From Bdellovibrionota bacterium (GTDB lineage: Bacteria; Bdellovibrionota; UBA1018; UBA923), in contig JBFMCE010000021.1 of assembly GCA_040754655.1 (NCBI GenBank), positions 1 through 44,008 of the forward strand: a stretch of DNA of 44,008 bases, given 5' to 3'. Under the pieces are notes generated by a model. It was given only the letters and a program-made list of their open reading frames with translations, was not told where the DNA came from and ran no database searches. The position numbers were made by a program, and so were the translations under genes. Shown here piece after piece: positions 8,719 to 19,391 of this stretch (the stretch's first letter is position 1; each line of letters opens with the position of its first letter).

Positions 8719-11586
8719 TCAGCGATAGTCGTCAATCGGCGGGCAAGCGCAAACCAGGTTTCTGTCACCCATGACCGCATTGATGCGTGCCACCGCGGGC
8801 CAGAACTTCTGCGCGCGGGTCCATGCCGCCGGAAAAGCCGCCTTTTCCCGAGAATAGGTGTGAGCCCAATCCGATCGCGTTACAGCTTCGGCCGTATGAG
8901 GCGCATTTTTCAAAACGTTGTCGCTGCGATCAGCAGACCCCTTCTCAATTTCTGAAATCTCTTCGCGGATCGCGATCATCGCGTCACAGAAACGATCGAT
9001 CTCGGCCTTCGATTCGCTCTCGGTGGGCTCGATCATCATCGTTCCCGCCACAGGCCATGAAACTGTTGGCGCGTGAAATCCGTAATCCATGAGGCGTTTC
9101 GCGACGTCTTCCACTTCGATGCCAGCGGTTTCTTTGAAACGTCTCAGATCAATGATGCATTCGTGAGCCACAAGCCCATCTTTACCCTTATAGACCACCG
9201 GATAATAGTTGCTCAGGCGTTTTGCGATATAGTTGGCGTTTAAGATGGCCACTTCAGTGGCTGACTTCAAGCCGTTGCTTCCCATCATCGCGATATAAGC
9301 CCACGAGATAGGCAAAATGCTCGGGCTTCCCCAAGGAGCGGCCGAAATCGGGCCGATACCCGTTTCCCCGCCAACCTTAATCAATGGGTGTTTCGGCAAG
9401 AATGGGACAAGATGCGATTTCACGCCGATAGGCCCCATTCCAGGGCCGCCGCCACCGTGGGGGATGCAGAACGTCTTGTGAAGGTTCAAGTGGCAAACGT
9501 CGGGGCCAAAGTCACCAGGCCTGCAAAGCCCCACTTGAGCATTCATGTTTGCGCCATCCATGTAGACTTGGCCGCCGTGCTGGTGAACGACTTCGCAGAT
9601 TTCAGTGATGGTCTCTTCAAACACTCCGTGAGTCGAAGGATAGGTGATCATAGCGGCAGCTAGGCCGTTACCATGGTGTTGGGCCTTGGCGCGAAGGTCA
9701 GCAAGGTCGATATTTCCCTCGGAGTCGCACTCGACCACTACTACTTGCATTCCGGCCATGACGGCGCTTGCAGGGTTGGTTCCGTGCGCTGACTTTGGAA
9801 TCAAGCAAATGTTGCGGTGCGATTGCCCGCGGCTTTGATGGTACTTTCGGATGACGAGCAATCCGGCATACTCGCCCTGGGAGCCCGCATTGGGTTGCAG
9901 CGAAATTCCAGAAAATCCCGTGATCTCTGCGAGCCAGCCTTCGAGCTGTCGAAACAGGATCTGGTAACCGCGCGCCTGATCAGTAGGGGCAAACGGATGG
10001 AGCGCGCCAAATTCAGGCCAGGTCACAGGAAACATCTCAGCCGTCGCATTGAGCTTCATCGTGCACGAGCCCAGCGGAATCATCGAATAGGTGAGCGAGA
10101 GATCTCGCGATTGAAGCCTGTGGATGTAGCGCAGAAGGCTTGTTTCAGAACGGTAGCTGTTGAATATCGGATGGGTGAGGTACGCGCTCTTGCGTTCGTG
10201 ATGGGCCGAGAGCACTGGGCTAGCCTTTTTCAAGAGTGCATCGATGCTTCCATTGAAAGAGCCGCTTGTTGAAAACACATCCAACAAATCAAGCACGTCT
10301 TGTTTAGAGCAAGTCTCATCAAGGGCTACGATGACGCGCTGTTTGTCTAAGACGCGAAGATTGATTCGCTTCGCTCTTGCGCGCGCCAAAATCTCATCTG
10401 AAGTCGCGTTAGCCAGATCGATTCGAAGGGTATCAAAGTAGGCTTGTCGTGATGGGGAATGACCCAATTGTTTGAGCCCTTCGGCAAGGCCTTGGGTCAG
10501 GCGGTGTACCCGCTCTGCGATGCGCTGCAAGCCCTTAGGGCCGTGGTAGACGGCGTACATGCTAGCGGTTACTGCAAGCAAGACTTGGGCGGTGCAAATA
10601 TTGCTCGTGGCCTTCTCGCGTCTAATGTGTTGTTCGCGTGTTTGAAGAGCAAGCCGAATGGCAGGCCGCCCTTCGGCGTCTTGAGAAAGACCAACGATCC
10701 GTCCGGGAATACTGCGCTTGAATTCATCTTTCGTAGACATGAAGGCCGCATGCGGGCCGCCGTATCCCAGCGGAACCCCGAAGCGCTGAGAACTTCCAAT
10801 GGCGATGTCAGCGCCAAACTCGGCCGGCGATTTTAAGAGCGTCAATGCAAGCAGATCGCAAGATGCGACAAGCAAGGCGTCTGAAGCGTGCACTTGTTTC
10901 GCAAAGTCTGAGTAATCAAAGATCGTCCCATCAGTCGCGGGATACTGAACAAGCGCGCCAAAGATGGGGCGCTTTGGATCAAGCTCGGTGTGGTCGCCGA
11001 CGATCACGTCGATGCCCAAAGGTTCGGCGCGCGTCTTTACCACCTCAATCACCTGGGGATGGGTGAGCTTGGAGACAAAGAAGCTCTTGGCCGTGTCTCG
11101 GCCCTTCGCGTGAAAACACAGGCTCATTGCTTCAGCGGCGGCGGTCGCCTCGTCGAGCAATGATGCGTTTGCAACCGGAAGACCGGTCAGGTCGATGACC
11201 ATCGTTTGAAAGTTCAAGAGCGCTTCGAGCCGTCCTTGCGCGATCTCGGCTTGATAAGGCGTGTACTGGGTGTACCACCCTGGATTCTCCAAGATATTGC
11301 GTTGGATCACAGGAGGCGTGATGCAATTGGAATAGCCCATGCCCAAATAAGAGCGCCAAACTTCATTCTTTGAAGCCATGCCGCGAAGTTCGCGAAGCGC
11401 TTCGAACTCGCTCAACGCAGGGGGAAGATCGATCTCCTTTTTCAGCCGGATTCGCGGCGGAACTGCTGCGTCGACGAGTTCTGACAGAGACCGGTAACCC
11501 ACCGTCTTCAACATCTGGCTGATTTCATTTTCTTGAGGACCGATGTGTCTGCTGGAAAAGGAATCTGTAAATTCAAGTTCGTTCAT
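8719..11586 (-). CDS. gcvP: Glycine dehydrogenase (decarboxylating), single-chain GcvP
   Basis: 'RHIGP', '[19 protein letters not shown]', '[10 protein letters not shown]', PLP lysine in 'HLNLHKTF', 'PHGGGGPG'. ATG at 11586 is preferred over TTG 11604. Confidence 0.98.
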   Translation of the reverse strand: MNELEFTDSFSSRHIGPQENEISQMLKTVGYRSLSELVDAAVPPRIRLKKEIDLPPALSEFEALRELRGMASKNEVWRSYLGMGYSNCITPPVIQRNILENPGWYTQYTPYQAEIAQGRLEALLNFQTMVIDLTGLPVANASLLDEATAAAEAMSLCFHAKGRDTAKSFFVSKLTHPQVIEVVKTRAEPLGIDVIVGDHTELDPKRPIFGALVQYPATDGTIFDYSDFAKQVHASDALLVASCDLLALTLLKSPAEFGADIAIGSSQRFGVPLGYGGPHAAFMSTKDEFKRSIPGRIVGLSQDAEGRPAIRLALQTREQHIRREKATSNICTAQVLLAVTASMYAVYHGPKGLQRIAERVHRLTQGLAEGLKQLGHSPSRQAYFDTLRIDLANATSDEILARARAKRINLRVLDKQRVIVALDETCSKQDVLDLLDVFSTSGSFNGSIDALLKKASPVLSAHHERKSAYLTHPIFNSYRSETSLLRYIHRLQSRDLSLTYSMIPLGSCTMKLNATAEMFPVTWPEFGALHPFAPTDQARGYQILFRQLEGWLAEITGFSGISLQPNAGSQGEYAGLLVIRKYHQSRGQSHRNICLIPKSAHGTNPASAVMAGMQVVVVECDSEGNIDLADLRAKAQHHGNGLAAAMITYPSTHGVFEETITEICEVVHQHGGQVYMDGANMNAQVGLCRPGDFGPDVCHLNLHKTFCIPHGGGGPGMGPIGVKSHLVPFLPKHPLIKVGGETGIGPISAAPWGSPSILPISWAYIAMMGSNGLKSATEVAILNANYIAKRLSNYYPVVYKGKDGLVAHECIIDLRRFKETAGIEVEDVAKRLMDYGFHAPTVSWPVAGTMMIEPTESESKAEIDRFCDAMIAIREEISEIEKGSADRSDNVLKNAPHTAEAVTRSDWAHTYSREKAAFPAAWTRAQKFWPAVARINAVMGDRNLVCACPPIDDYR

Positions 11587-11615
11587 CGAATCACCGTCTT
11601 TCAAAGGTCTCTGCT

Positions 11616-12344
11616 TTATATGCTGGTTTCCGTGGCTTGTTTCGCCATGTCCAAATAAGTCTTGATCTCAGGGTTTTCCGGATCTTGGGTATGCGCTTTT
11701 TCCCATTCGAGCTGCGCATCAATGACGTTTCCTTGTGAAAAATACATCAAGCCCAGGTGCACACGCCCCGGAATGAAATCTTGGTGCTCATGGCAAAGCT
11801 GCTGCAATTCTTGAATGGCTCGGGTGGTGAAACCTTTCTTGGCGTATACTTTCGCGAGCTTGATCCGGATTTCCAAGTTTTGCGGATCCAGCCGTGATGC
11901 CCTTGAATAGTCTTCAAGCGCGTCATCGTACCGATGGTACTTGAAGTAAAGGTCGCCCAGCTCAATATGTTTGAGCGCGAACTTCCGATCGAGCAAAGAA
12001 TCGCTGCCTTGGCGTTTGAGCTGAAGCGATTGATTGGCGATTTGGTAGATCTTCTTGGCATCGTCGTATTTGCCGATGTCATTGTAGATGACGCTAAGTG
12101 AAATGGCCGCGTCCGTATGTTTGGGATCGATGCTCAAGATCTTCTTAAAGCACTCGATGCTTTTTCCAAGCCTGCCTTGAAGGTAGTGGCAAGTGCCAAT
12201 CAGATGCAATGCCGTCTTGACGTCGGTTTCACCGAAGCCTTCGGTATTCAAGACCTGTTCGCATTCCTTTTCAGCTTCGGCGAACATCCGATTTTGAATG
12301 AGGTGTTGCACTTGCTCGGCATCAAAGCGGGCGGAAGAAGCCAT
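11616..12344 (-). CDS. Tetratricopeptide-repeat protein (cytoplasmic)
   Basis: Repeated TPR helices such as '[30 protein letters not shown]' and '[26 protein letters not shown]'. Confidence 0.88.
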   Translation of the reverse strand: MASSARFDAEQVQHLIQNRMFAEAEKECEQVLNTEGFGETDVKTALHLIGTCHYLQGRLGKSIECFKKILSIDPKHTDAAISLSVIYNDIGKYDDAKKIYQIANQSLQLKRQGSDSLLDRKFALKHIELGDLYFKYHRYDDALEDYSRASRLDPQNLEIRIKLAKVYAKKGFTTRAIQELQQLCHEHQDFIPGRVHLGLMYFSQGNVIDAQLEWEKAHTQDPENPEIKTYLDMAKQATETSI

Positions 12345-12350
12345 CGCGAC

Positions 12351-13106
12351 TCACCTTTCCTTCTGATCAAGCCATCTTGAAGCTTGCTGAGCGTAAGCCC
12401 CATGAGGATGCCTCGCCAGATAAACACGAAAAACATGCCGCGCTTCATCGATCTTTTCTTGCTCAATCAAGCTTTGCGCCCACTGCCAATAAGCGTATTG
12501 CTCAACACTCGTGCCAGAGAATTGGTTGGTGATCTTTTCATAGCGGGCAGCCGCGCTGTCGAACATGTCACGCTTAAAGTAGAAATCAGCGACATACTGC
12601 TCTTTGCCTGCAAGCTTTTCATGCGCTTCGGCGAGGTGCTGTTTGGCTTGATCAGCGTACTGCGACTTCGGGTAAAGCGTGAGCAGCTCTCGGTAAGCTT
12701 CGATCGACTTGCTTGCGCCGGTGATGTCGCGGTCGACTGTGCCGGGCAATTGATTGAAATAAGATTCGCCTATTTGAAAAATGACGTAGTCGGCTTTCTC
12801 ATGTTTTGGGTGCATATCGCGAAAACTTTCATAGGCGCTTGCGGCTTCAATGAAATTTTCTTCCGCGAAATAAACGTCAGCGATCCTCAGTTTTGCTTGG
12901 GTGGCAAGATGGCTGTAAGGGAACTTGTTCTTGATGGTCTTTAATTTATCGAGTGCCAAGAGGTAACGTTTGTCTTTGATGTCATCTTCGGCATCCGTAT
13001 AAAGCTCTTGAACATTGCCTTCATCGATTTCTTTGCCCGAGCAACCAAAGAGCTGCGAGAAGCCGAGCACTAAAAAACTGAGCCAAAGAACTTGGTATTT
13101 CTTCAT
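12351..13106 (-). CDS. bamD: Outer membrane protein assembly lipoprotein BamD
   Basis: ATG 13106 overlaps the upstream stop (ATGA). Lipobox 'LFGC'. Motifs 'KFPYSHLA..AKL.IAD', 'DRD', 'YPKSQYA', 'E.YVADFYFKR'. Confidence 0.9.
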   Translation of the reverse strand: MKKYQVLWLSFLVLGFSQLFGCSGKEIDEGNVQELYTDAEDDIKDKRYLLALDKLKTIKNKFPYSHLATQAKLRIADVYFAEENFIEAASAYESFRDMHPKHEKADYVIFQIGESYFNQLPGTVDRDITGASKSIEAYRELLTLYPKSQYADQAKQHLAEAHEKLAGKEQYVADFYFKRDMFDSAAARYEKITNQFSGTSVEQYAYWQWAQSLIEQEKIDEARHVFRVYLARHPHGAYAQQASRWLDQKER

Positions 13107-13840
13107 AGAGGTAATAAATCCTTTTCCATAACCCACCCCACGTTGCCTAGGGAAAAACGAACTTGTCGCCATCCCTCTCTCGATTCCCCAGTCAATTCAA
13201 CCGTAGTGCCGGCCGGCAGCTTAAAGAGCTCAGTGAACGTTTCATTCGGGCCGCTGCGCGCGACTCCTAAATCAGCCACGACTGCGGCGAGCTTTTTTGA
13301 CCTAGCATCCGAAGAGACCACTAAGAGAGTTAAAGTGAACAAGGTGGCAAAAAACATCATAAGAAAAATCGGACGAGTCACTAGCTGTCCCATTCGTAAC
13401 GATTTACGTTTGGCTTGAAAAGCAATTCCTCCGAGCGCACCCAAACTCACTGCGAGCAACAAATTAAAGAGCCATTCTGGAAGCCGGCGTGCAGTAGAGA
13501 GTATGTAGCCTGACCATATTGATCTGTCTTTGACAATTACTCCGTTTTCTTCAAGTGCCGCTCGGGTCACTTCAAGGTTGTATCGGATATCACTATTACC
13601 CGGTGATAAGGCATTGGCCTTTTCATAATGACTTAGCGCCTGACCTACTTTTCCCAAGCGATAAAGCGAGTTAGCGGCGTTGTAATAGTCGGCTGCGTTA
13701 TTAAGGCCATTTTTATTCAAGAGATCTAAAGCTTCCTGGTATTTGCCTTGATCATAAAGAGATCGCGGAGTGTCTTCAGCAAAACAGACAGTTTGAGTCG
13801 AAAATAGGAAAAACAGCACTGCAAACACGGATCTTCGCAT
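13103..13840 (-). CDS. Exported TPR protein with two TM segments and a C-terminal SH3b-like domain (BatE-like architecture)
   Basis: Signal peptide, TPR 'YYNAANSLYRLGKVGQALSHYEKA..LSP...DIRYNL', two hydrophobic segments, then 'RSGP......FKLPAGT.V......GWRQV....G.VGWV'. Confidence 0.82.
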   Translation of the reverse strand: MRRSVFAVLFFLFSTQTVCFAEDTPRSLYDQGKYQEALDLLNKNGLNNAADYYNAANSLYRLGKVGQALSHYEKANALSPGNSDIRYNLEVTRAALEENGVIVKDRSIWSGYILSTARRLPEWLFNLLLAVSLGALGGIAFQAKRKSLRMGQLVTRPIFLMMFFATLFTLTLLVVSSDARSKKLAAVVADLGVARSGPNETFTELFKLPAGTTVELTGESREGWRQVRFSLGNVGWVMEKDLLPL

Positions 13841-13846
13841 ACGGGC

Positions 13847-13899
13847 AGATTAGTGAAGAAACCCGTTTCCTTGCAACAAAAAACCCTGTGTGCTAGCGT
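13847..13899. promoter_or_regulatory. Putative bidirectional sigma70 promoter sharing a palindromic -35
   Basis: TTGCAA at 13871-13876 is a palindrome. On the + strand it is followed by 17 nt and (TGc)TAGCGT at 13894-13899. On the - strand it is followed by 18 nt and TAATCT at 13852-13847. Confidence 0.5.
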
Positions 13900-13910
13900 T
13901 CTGGGCCCAT

Positions 13911-15311
13911 ATGCCAACAGCCTACCAGTCTGTAATCAAATCAAATGCGTACCAGTCCGCCAAAAGACAAGTTTTTGATGCGCTGCAAAGCGAACTCTCC
14001 TCAATTCGCGAACCACGTGCTGCGCTTCCAGAACTTTTAGAAGGCTACGGCAAGCAGATCGAGCGAGCGGGCACCCTCAGAGGACGCGAGCTGTTCTTCA
14101 AGTACATCGGTTCTGGCGCGGGAAACGGTCCTTTCATCGAGCTCAATGATGGAAGCGTAAAATACGATCTCATCACCGGGATAGGCGTAAATTTTTTTGG
14201 TCACTCAAACCTTGAGCTGTTCGAAGCGGAATTTGACGGGCTTTGGGGTGACGTGATGCAAGGCAATTTGGGCCCTAACCCTGAGTATCCTGACTTGCTT
14301 GAAGCTCTTTTAAAGGCTGCAAAACCAAAGTCGAGGCTCGCGCATGGCTGGCTTGCCACTTGTGGAGCGACGGCCAATGAGATCGCGCTTAAGATCATCC
14401 GTCAGAAAAAATATCCGGCTTCAAAGATCATCGCGTTCAAAGACTGTTTTGCAGGCAGAACTACTGCTCTGCAGGAGCTGACCGACAATCCCAAGTATCG
14501 TGAGGGGCAGCCCACATACGGCGAAGTTCATTACATCCCGTTCTTTGATCCGCGCTCAAAGCTCAACGCAGCCGAGCAGGGAAGCCGATCGGCGGAATTG
14601 ATGAAAGAGGAACTTGCTAGGCACCCGGGACGTTTCGCGGGTTTCGAATTTGAAATCGTGCAAGGCGAGGGTGGTTTCAACGTTGCTCCTCGCGAGTTTT
14701 TGATCCCAATTTTGGAAGAAGCGAAAAAAGCGGGATTGGCGATTTGGGCGGATGAAATTCAAACCTTTGGCAGAACCGGCGAGGTCTTTTGTTTTCAGCG
14801 CTTGGGCATCGATGAGTACATTGATGTCGTTACGGTCGCGAAACTGCTTCAAACCGGCGCAGTGCTTTACACGGCGGAATACAATCCGAAGGCGGGCCTC
14901 ATTTCTGGGACGTTCGCCGGATCTACCGCGGGAATTCGCGCGGGCATTAAAGCGCTTGAAATCTTGGATAAGCGAATCTGCGGACCCAAGGGACGAGTTC
15001 GTGAGCTTGAAAAACTCACGCTTGAGAACTTCGAGAAAATTAAAAAGGGTCCTCACGGAAAGCACTTGGTCGATTACACTGCATTCGGCGGAATGATCGC
15101 TTTCACGCTTTTTGACGGAACTTTAGACCAGGTTAAGAAGTACCTCTTCAAGCTTTGGGATTCGGGCGTGATCGCCTTTTATTGCGGCCATGGCCCTTAT
15201 CGCGTTCGAATGCTGCCTCCCTTTGGCGTGATCACGAACGAGCAGTGGCAACACGTGTTCGAGCTTCTTGAGAAATGCATTGGCGAGACGGCGAAGGAGC
15301 TTAAACGATGA
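13911..15311 (+). CDS. Class-III PLP aminotransferase (AstC/ArgD/lysine-epsilon-aminotransferase-like)
   Basis: 'GATANEIALK', 'FAGRT', 'EIVQGEGG', 'DEIQTFGRTG', 'VAK', 'GTFAG'. First gene of an overlapping operon with astA/astD. Confidence 0.88.
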   Translation: MPTAYQSVIKSNAYQSAKRQVFDALQSELSSIREPRAALPELLEGYGKQIERAGTLRGRELFFKYIGSGAGNGPFIELNDGSVKYDLITGIGVNFFGHSNLELFEAEFDGLWGDVMQGNLGPNPEYPDLLEALLKAAKPKSRLAHGWLATCGATANEIALKIIRQKKYPASKIIAFKDCFAGRTTALQELTDNPKYREGQPTYGEVHYIPFFDPRSKLNAAEQGSRSAELMKEELARHPGRFAGFEFEIVQGEGGFNVAPREFLIPILEEAKKAGLAIWADEIQTFGRTGEVFCFQRLGIDEYIDVVTVAKLLQTGAVLYTAEYNPKAGLISGTFAGSTAGIRAGIKALEILDKRICGPKGRVRELEKLTLENFEKIKKGPHGKHLVDYTAFGGMIAFTLFDGTLDQVKKYLFKLWDSGVIAFYCGHGPYRVRMLPPFGVITNEQWQHVFELLEKCIGETAKELKR

Positions 15312-16777
15312 TGAACTTTGTGGAAGAAGCCGAAAAGCTCATTTCGATCAACTCGATCAGCCAAGAAGGCAACGAAGAGATCGCCTTGCATCTTCAGTCG
15401 TTGATGAACCGCTGCGGCTTGAAGACGATTCTTCAAGAAGTGACTCACTCTCTTGATGGGGTGAGCAAACGCCAATTCAATGTGATTGGAATTCTAGGTG
15501 ATCCACTGGTGGATAGCAGGACCCGGAAGGGGCTCCTCTTGAACACTCATATTGATACCGTGAGCCCAGGCATTCGCTCTCACTGGACTGAGACGGGTGG
15601 GGATCCGTTCAAAGCGACGATCAAGGGCGATAAGATCTATGGTTTAGGATCGGCCGATGTGAAGCTCGATTTCTTATGCAAACTCAAAGCTCTTGAGCGT
15701 TATCGTGAACGCAAACTGAAGATGCCGGTCTACCTCGTAGGAACGGCCGGCGAAGAAATCGGCATGCTTGGCGCGAAGTTTTTGATCAAGTCCGTGGCGC
15801 TGAATCCCAAATACGTCGTCGTAGGAGAGCCCAGCGAGCTTGCGGTGATCTACGCGCACAAGGCGTTCGCCGTGTATCAAATCAGCATCCTTTACAATCA
15901 GCTAGAGCGGGATGCAAAAGGGTACAACACCAGGATCGAACTCTCGTGCTTCGGAAAGTCAGCTCACGGAAGTTATCCGCATCTCGGAGACAATGCGATC
16001 AAACGCATGCTTTCTGTCGTCTCAAGAATCAAAGAAGCGAATTTTCAGGCGCGGCTCACCAAGATCGTCGGTGGAGATTCAGTCAATAAGGTGCCAGACA
16101 CGGCTTCGGTCGAGTTTTATGTTTCATCCGGAAGTTTCGATGATTTCAGAAAGTTCTATCGCGATCAGCTCAACGACAAGAATGTTCAAGTCGAGTTCGG
16201 CGGCCTAGGCGAGAGCGGGATGGTTTTCATGCCGGAAAACTTGTTACCAGCCTTGGTCGAGGTACAGAACGCGGTTGAGTCTTTGCGCAAGGAAATGCTC
16301 TCAGAAGAAAACCCAAGCTTCAATCCCGCGACCTCGACTATCAATCTTGGCAAACTGACCCACCGTCCGGGAGCGGTGGATCTATTTTTCGATTTCAGGC
16401 TTTTGCCGTCAGTTTCACCCGAAGGGTTTGATCAAAAATTAAAGGCCCTCATTCAGTCGGTGAACACCCAGTTCTCGAATCTCAATATTCGGGTGACGCG
16501 CAACAGGTTCAATCCGTCTCTCAATATGAAAGAGGACTCGGCTTTGGTTTTGGCCGCGAAAGATGCCCAGAAGTCGGCGGGCATTCAACCGAAGCTTGAT
16601 AAGAAAGCGACTAGCACCGAAGCGGCCCAGTATTTTTCGGCAGGATTTGACGCCATCGTTTTTGGCCCTGGCCAGAGCATGGGAAACAGCCACAGCCCCA
16701 ACGAACACAACCTGGTAGAGCATCTTGATAAGGCGGTGCATTTTTACGACAGAATGATTGAAAGACTCTGTTTATGA
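15308..16777 (+). CDS. M20-family metallo-deacylase/peptidase (ArgE/DapE-like, enlarged lid region)
   Basis: Metal-ligand motifs 'NTHIDTV', 'GLGSADVK', 'GEEIG', 'GEPS', 'SHSPNE', plus 'GKSAHGSYP' and 'NKVPD'. Confidence 0.88.
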   Translation: MMNFVEEAEKLISINSISQEGNEEIALHLQSLMNRCGLKTILQEVTHSLDGVSKRQFNVIGILGDPLVDSRTRKGLLLNTHIDTVSPGIRSHWTETGGDPFKATIKGDKIYGLGSADVKLDFLCKLKALERYRERKLKMPVYLVGTAGEEIGMLGAKFLIKSVALNPKYVVVGEPSELAVIYAHKAFAVYQISILYNQLERDAKGYNTRIELSCFGKSAHGSYPHLGDNAIKRMLSVVSRIKEANFQARLTKIVGGDSVNKVPDTASVEFYVSSGSFDDFRKFYRDQLNDKNVQVEFGGLGESGMVFMPENLLPALVEVQNAVESLRKEMLSEENPSFNPATSTINLGKLTHRPGAVDLFFDFRLLPSVSPEGFDQKLKALIQSVNTQFSNLNIRVTRNRFNPSLNMKEDSALVLAAKDAQKSAGIQPKLDKKATSTEAAQYFSAGFDAIVFGPGQSMGNSHSPNEHNLVEHLDKAVHFYDRMIERLCL

Positions 16778-17808
16778 TTCTACTTCGCGAAGTCAATGAA
16801 GCTGACATCGCGGGCCTGGAAAGGCTTTCCGCGATCGCGGCTGAACGTCATCCTGGTTTTTTGAATATTGCTTCTGATCGCGATCAGTGGCGTGAGAAGA
16901 TCCGTAATTCGATGGACTCTTTCGCCGATCGGCTCACCAACAAAATGGATGCGAAGTACATCTTTGCGGCTGAAGACCTTGAGAAAAAACTCATCGTTGG
17001 GATTTCAATGGTGGCGGCTCAGCATGGCACCGCCGATACACCGCACTTTTTCTTCGAGGTGGGCAGTGAGCAGAAATACAGCCAAACCATCAGCACGGGT
17101 TTCATTCACGGCACCCTCAAGCTCAAATACGACACCAACGGCCCGACTGAGATCGGAGGACTCTTGGTTGATCCTGACTTCAGGAATTCACAAGAACGCA
17201 TTGGAAGGCAAGTTTCGTTCGTGCGTTTCCTCTACATGGGCATGCACAAGGCCAAGTTCAAACGTCGGGTGATTGCCGAGCTTTTGCCGCCGCTCACTAA
17301 GAAGGGAAAGTCGCCCCTTTGGGAGGCGGTTGGCCGGCGTTTTACGAACATGGATTATGTGGAAGCCGATGTTTTGAGCTCGAAGAACAAGGAATTCATC
17401 TTTTCGCTTTTTCCAACGGGGAAGATCTATATCAGCTTTTTGTCGGCAGAGGCTCGCAACGCTATTGGCAAGGTGAGCAAAGAGACGGAACCCGTCATGC
17501 ACATGCTGAAAAAAATCGGGTTTCAATACCGTAATCAGGTCGATCCCTTTGACGGTGGGCCGCACCTGACCGCAAACATAGATGAGATTTTGCCTATACG
17601 CAGCATCAAGCTTTTTACTTACGCCGGTGAAACCGATGGTAGCGCCGCCCCTCAAAAAGGGCTGGTGACCTCAAAGCAAGACTCGCCTTTTCGCGCAGTG
17701 TCATGTTCGGTTCAGATAGAACAAGGGAGCATTTATTTCCCCAAAGCCGCTGCGGAAGCGATTACCGCGAAGACCGGTGACCTCGTTTATTTCATGCCGT
17801 ATTATTAA
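16774..17808 (+). CDS. astA: Arginine N-succinyltransferase
   Basis: 'TEIGGLLVDPDFR', 'RFLYMG', 'IAEL', 'SPLWEAVGRRF..MDY.EAD', 'FI..LFP...IY', 'VDPFDGGP'. Confidence 0.92.
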   Translation: MILLREVNEADIAGLERLSAIAAERHPGFLNIASDRDQWREKIRNSMDSFADRLTNKMDAKYIFAAEDLEKKLIVGISMVAAQHGTADTPHFFFEVGSEQKYSQTISTGFIHGTLKLKYDTNGPTEIGGLLVDPDFRNSQERIGRQVSFVRFLYMGMHKAKFKRRVIAELLPPLTKKGKSPLWEAVGRRFTNMDYVEADVLSSKNKEFIFSLFPTGKIYISFLSAEARNAIGKVSKETEPVMHMLKKIGFQYRNQVDPFDGGPHLTANIDEILPIRSIKLFTYAGETDGSAAPQKGLVTSKQDSPFRAVSCSVQIEQGSIYFPKAAAEAITAKTGDLVYFMPYY

Positions 17809-17824
17809 GGCAGGAGGTCTTTGA

Positions 17825-19360
17825 ATGCAGACCAAAAATTCCAAAACCCCTGATCTGGTTGAACCGCGAGGTAATTACATCAAGGGGCAATTTCGCGAGC
17901 CACGTGACAAGACAGGCGAGATCTCGTCGGTAAGTCCGGCCGATCTCACCGACAAACTTGGAGGGTTTTCTTATTCCTACCGCGATGTCGAAGAAGCTAC
18001 GAACGCCGCACGGCAGGCTTTTGAGACGTGGCGCAAGACTAAGTTCGCCGAGCGCGCAGAGCTTCTGCGCCGGTATCGCGACAATTTAAAGAAGATGGAA
18101 CCCAGGCTTGCCGAAACGATTTCGCGCGAGGTGGGTAAACCGCTTTGGGAAGCGAAACAAGAAGTCTCTGCCATGGTGAACAAGGTCGACGTGACGCTCA
18201 ACGAAGGATTGAAGAGCGTGACCGATTACGAGATTCCCGGGATTTTAGAGAACACGTTCGGAGCCTGCCACTATCGTCCTTTGGGCGTGTTCGTCGTGAT
18301 CGGGCCGTTTAACTTTCCGGGGCATTTGGCAAATGGCCATCTTATTCCGGCGCTCGCGACCGGCAATACGGTGATCTTTAAACCCTCTGAGAAAAGCCCT
18401 GCTGTGGGACAGCTCATGGCGGAAGCGTTTCACGAAGCAGGTTTTCCTGCGGGTGTATTCAACCTCGTGCAGGGTGAGCGCGAAGTAGGACGAAGGCTTG
18501 TGGTGAGTGAGCGCGTGGACGGAGTTTTATTCACGGGCTCTTACGAAGTGGGCCTTAAGATCAAACAAGACACTCTTCAACAGCATTGGAAGCTCTTGGC
18601 CCTAGAGATGGGCGGAAAAAACTCAGCCATTGTTCTTGATGATGCTGACCTCGATTGGGCGATTTACGAAACGCTCACCGGAGCATTCGTCACCGCAGGG
18701 CAACGGTGTTCTTCGACAAGCCGGATTTTCGTTCAACGCAATTTGCTTGATGCTTTCATCGAGAAGTTCCATGCCAAAGCGAAAGCCTTTGCAATAGGCC
18801 ACCCGATGGACAATCCGTTCATGGGCCCTCTCATCGACGGAAACGCGGTTGAAAAGTATCTCAAGTTTTTAGGGATCGCTTCCCGGGAAGGGTGCGACGT
18901 CATTATGCGCGGCAAAGCGCTTGAACTTGATTGGAAGGGGCACTATGTAACCCCGTCGATTTGCCTTGTGCGGAACAATTCGATTTCTCAGGTGAGAAAA
19001 AGCGTTTATCAGCAGACCGAGATTTTCGGGCCTAATGTGGCGATTTATGGGTTTGATAAAATCGAAGAGGCTGTTGAGCTTGCGAACGCAACCCAATATG
19101 GACTTGTTTTCAGCGTGTTTACCAAGAGCAAGGAAAGTTACGAGAAAATTTCAGAAGACCTGCGCGCGGGATTGATCAATTGGAACAGGTCCACCGTGGG
19201 AGCTTCTTCCAGACTCCCATTCGGTGGACTGAAACGTAGTGGAAACCACTTTCCAACCGCTGTGGCTGCAGCCTCTTACTGTATGTACCCCGTAGCTTCT
19301 CTTGAGGTTGCAGAACCAAAGCCTGTCGGAAATCCTTTTCCGGGACTCAATTGGTCTTAA
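17825..19360 (+). CDS. astD: Succinylglutamate-semialdehyde dehydrogenase-like aldehyde dehydrogenase
   Basis: 'GPFNFPGHLANGHLIPAL', 'KPSEK', 'FTGS', 'ALEMGGKN', catalytic 'GQRCS', and the AstD-type tail 'GASSRLPFGG..SGNH.P'. Confidence 0.88.
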   Translation: MQTKNSKTPDLVEPRGNYIKGQFREPRDKTGEISSVSPADLTDKLGGFSYSYRDVEEATNAARQAFETWRKTKFAERAELLRRYRDNLKKMEPRLAETISREVGKPLWEAKQEVSAMVNKVDVTLNEGLKSVTDYEIPGILENTFGACHYRPLGVFVVIGPFNFPGHLANGHLIPALATGNTVIFKPSEKSPAVGQLMAEAFHEAGFPAGVFNLVQGEREVGRRLVVSERVDGVLFTGSYEVGLKIKQDTLQQHWKLLALEMGGKNSAIVLDDADLDWAIYETLTGAFVTAGQRCSSTSRIFVQRNLLDAFIEKFHAKAKAFAIGHPMDNPFMGPLIDGNAVEKYLKFLGIASREGCDVIMRGKALELDWKGHYVTPSICLVRNNSISQVRKSVYQQTEIFGPNVAIYGFDKIEEAVELANATQYGLVFSVFTKSKESYEKISEDLRAGLINWNRSTVGASSRLPFGGLKRSGNHFPTAVAAASYCMYPVASLEVAEPKPVGNPFPGLNWS

Positions 19361-19391
19361 AACGGGGTAAAGACCTTGTGGTTCGTGATTA

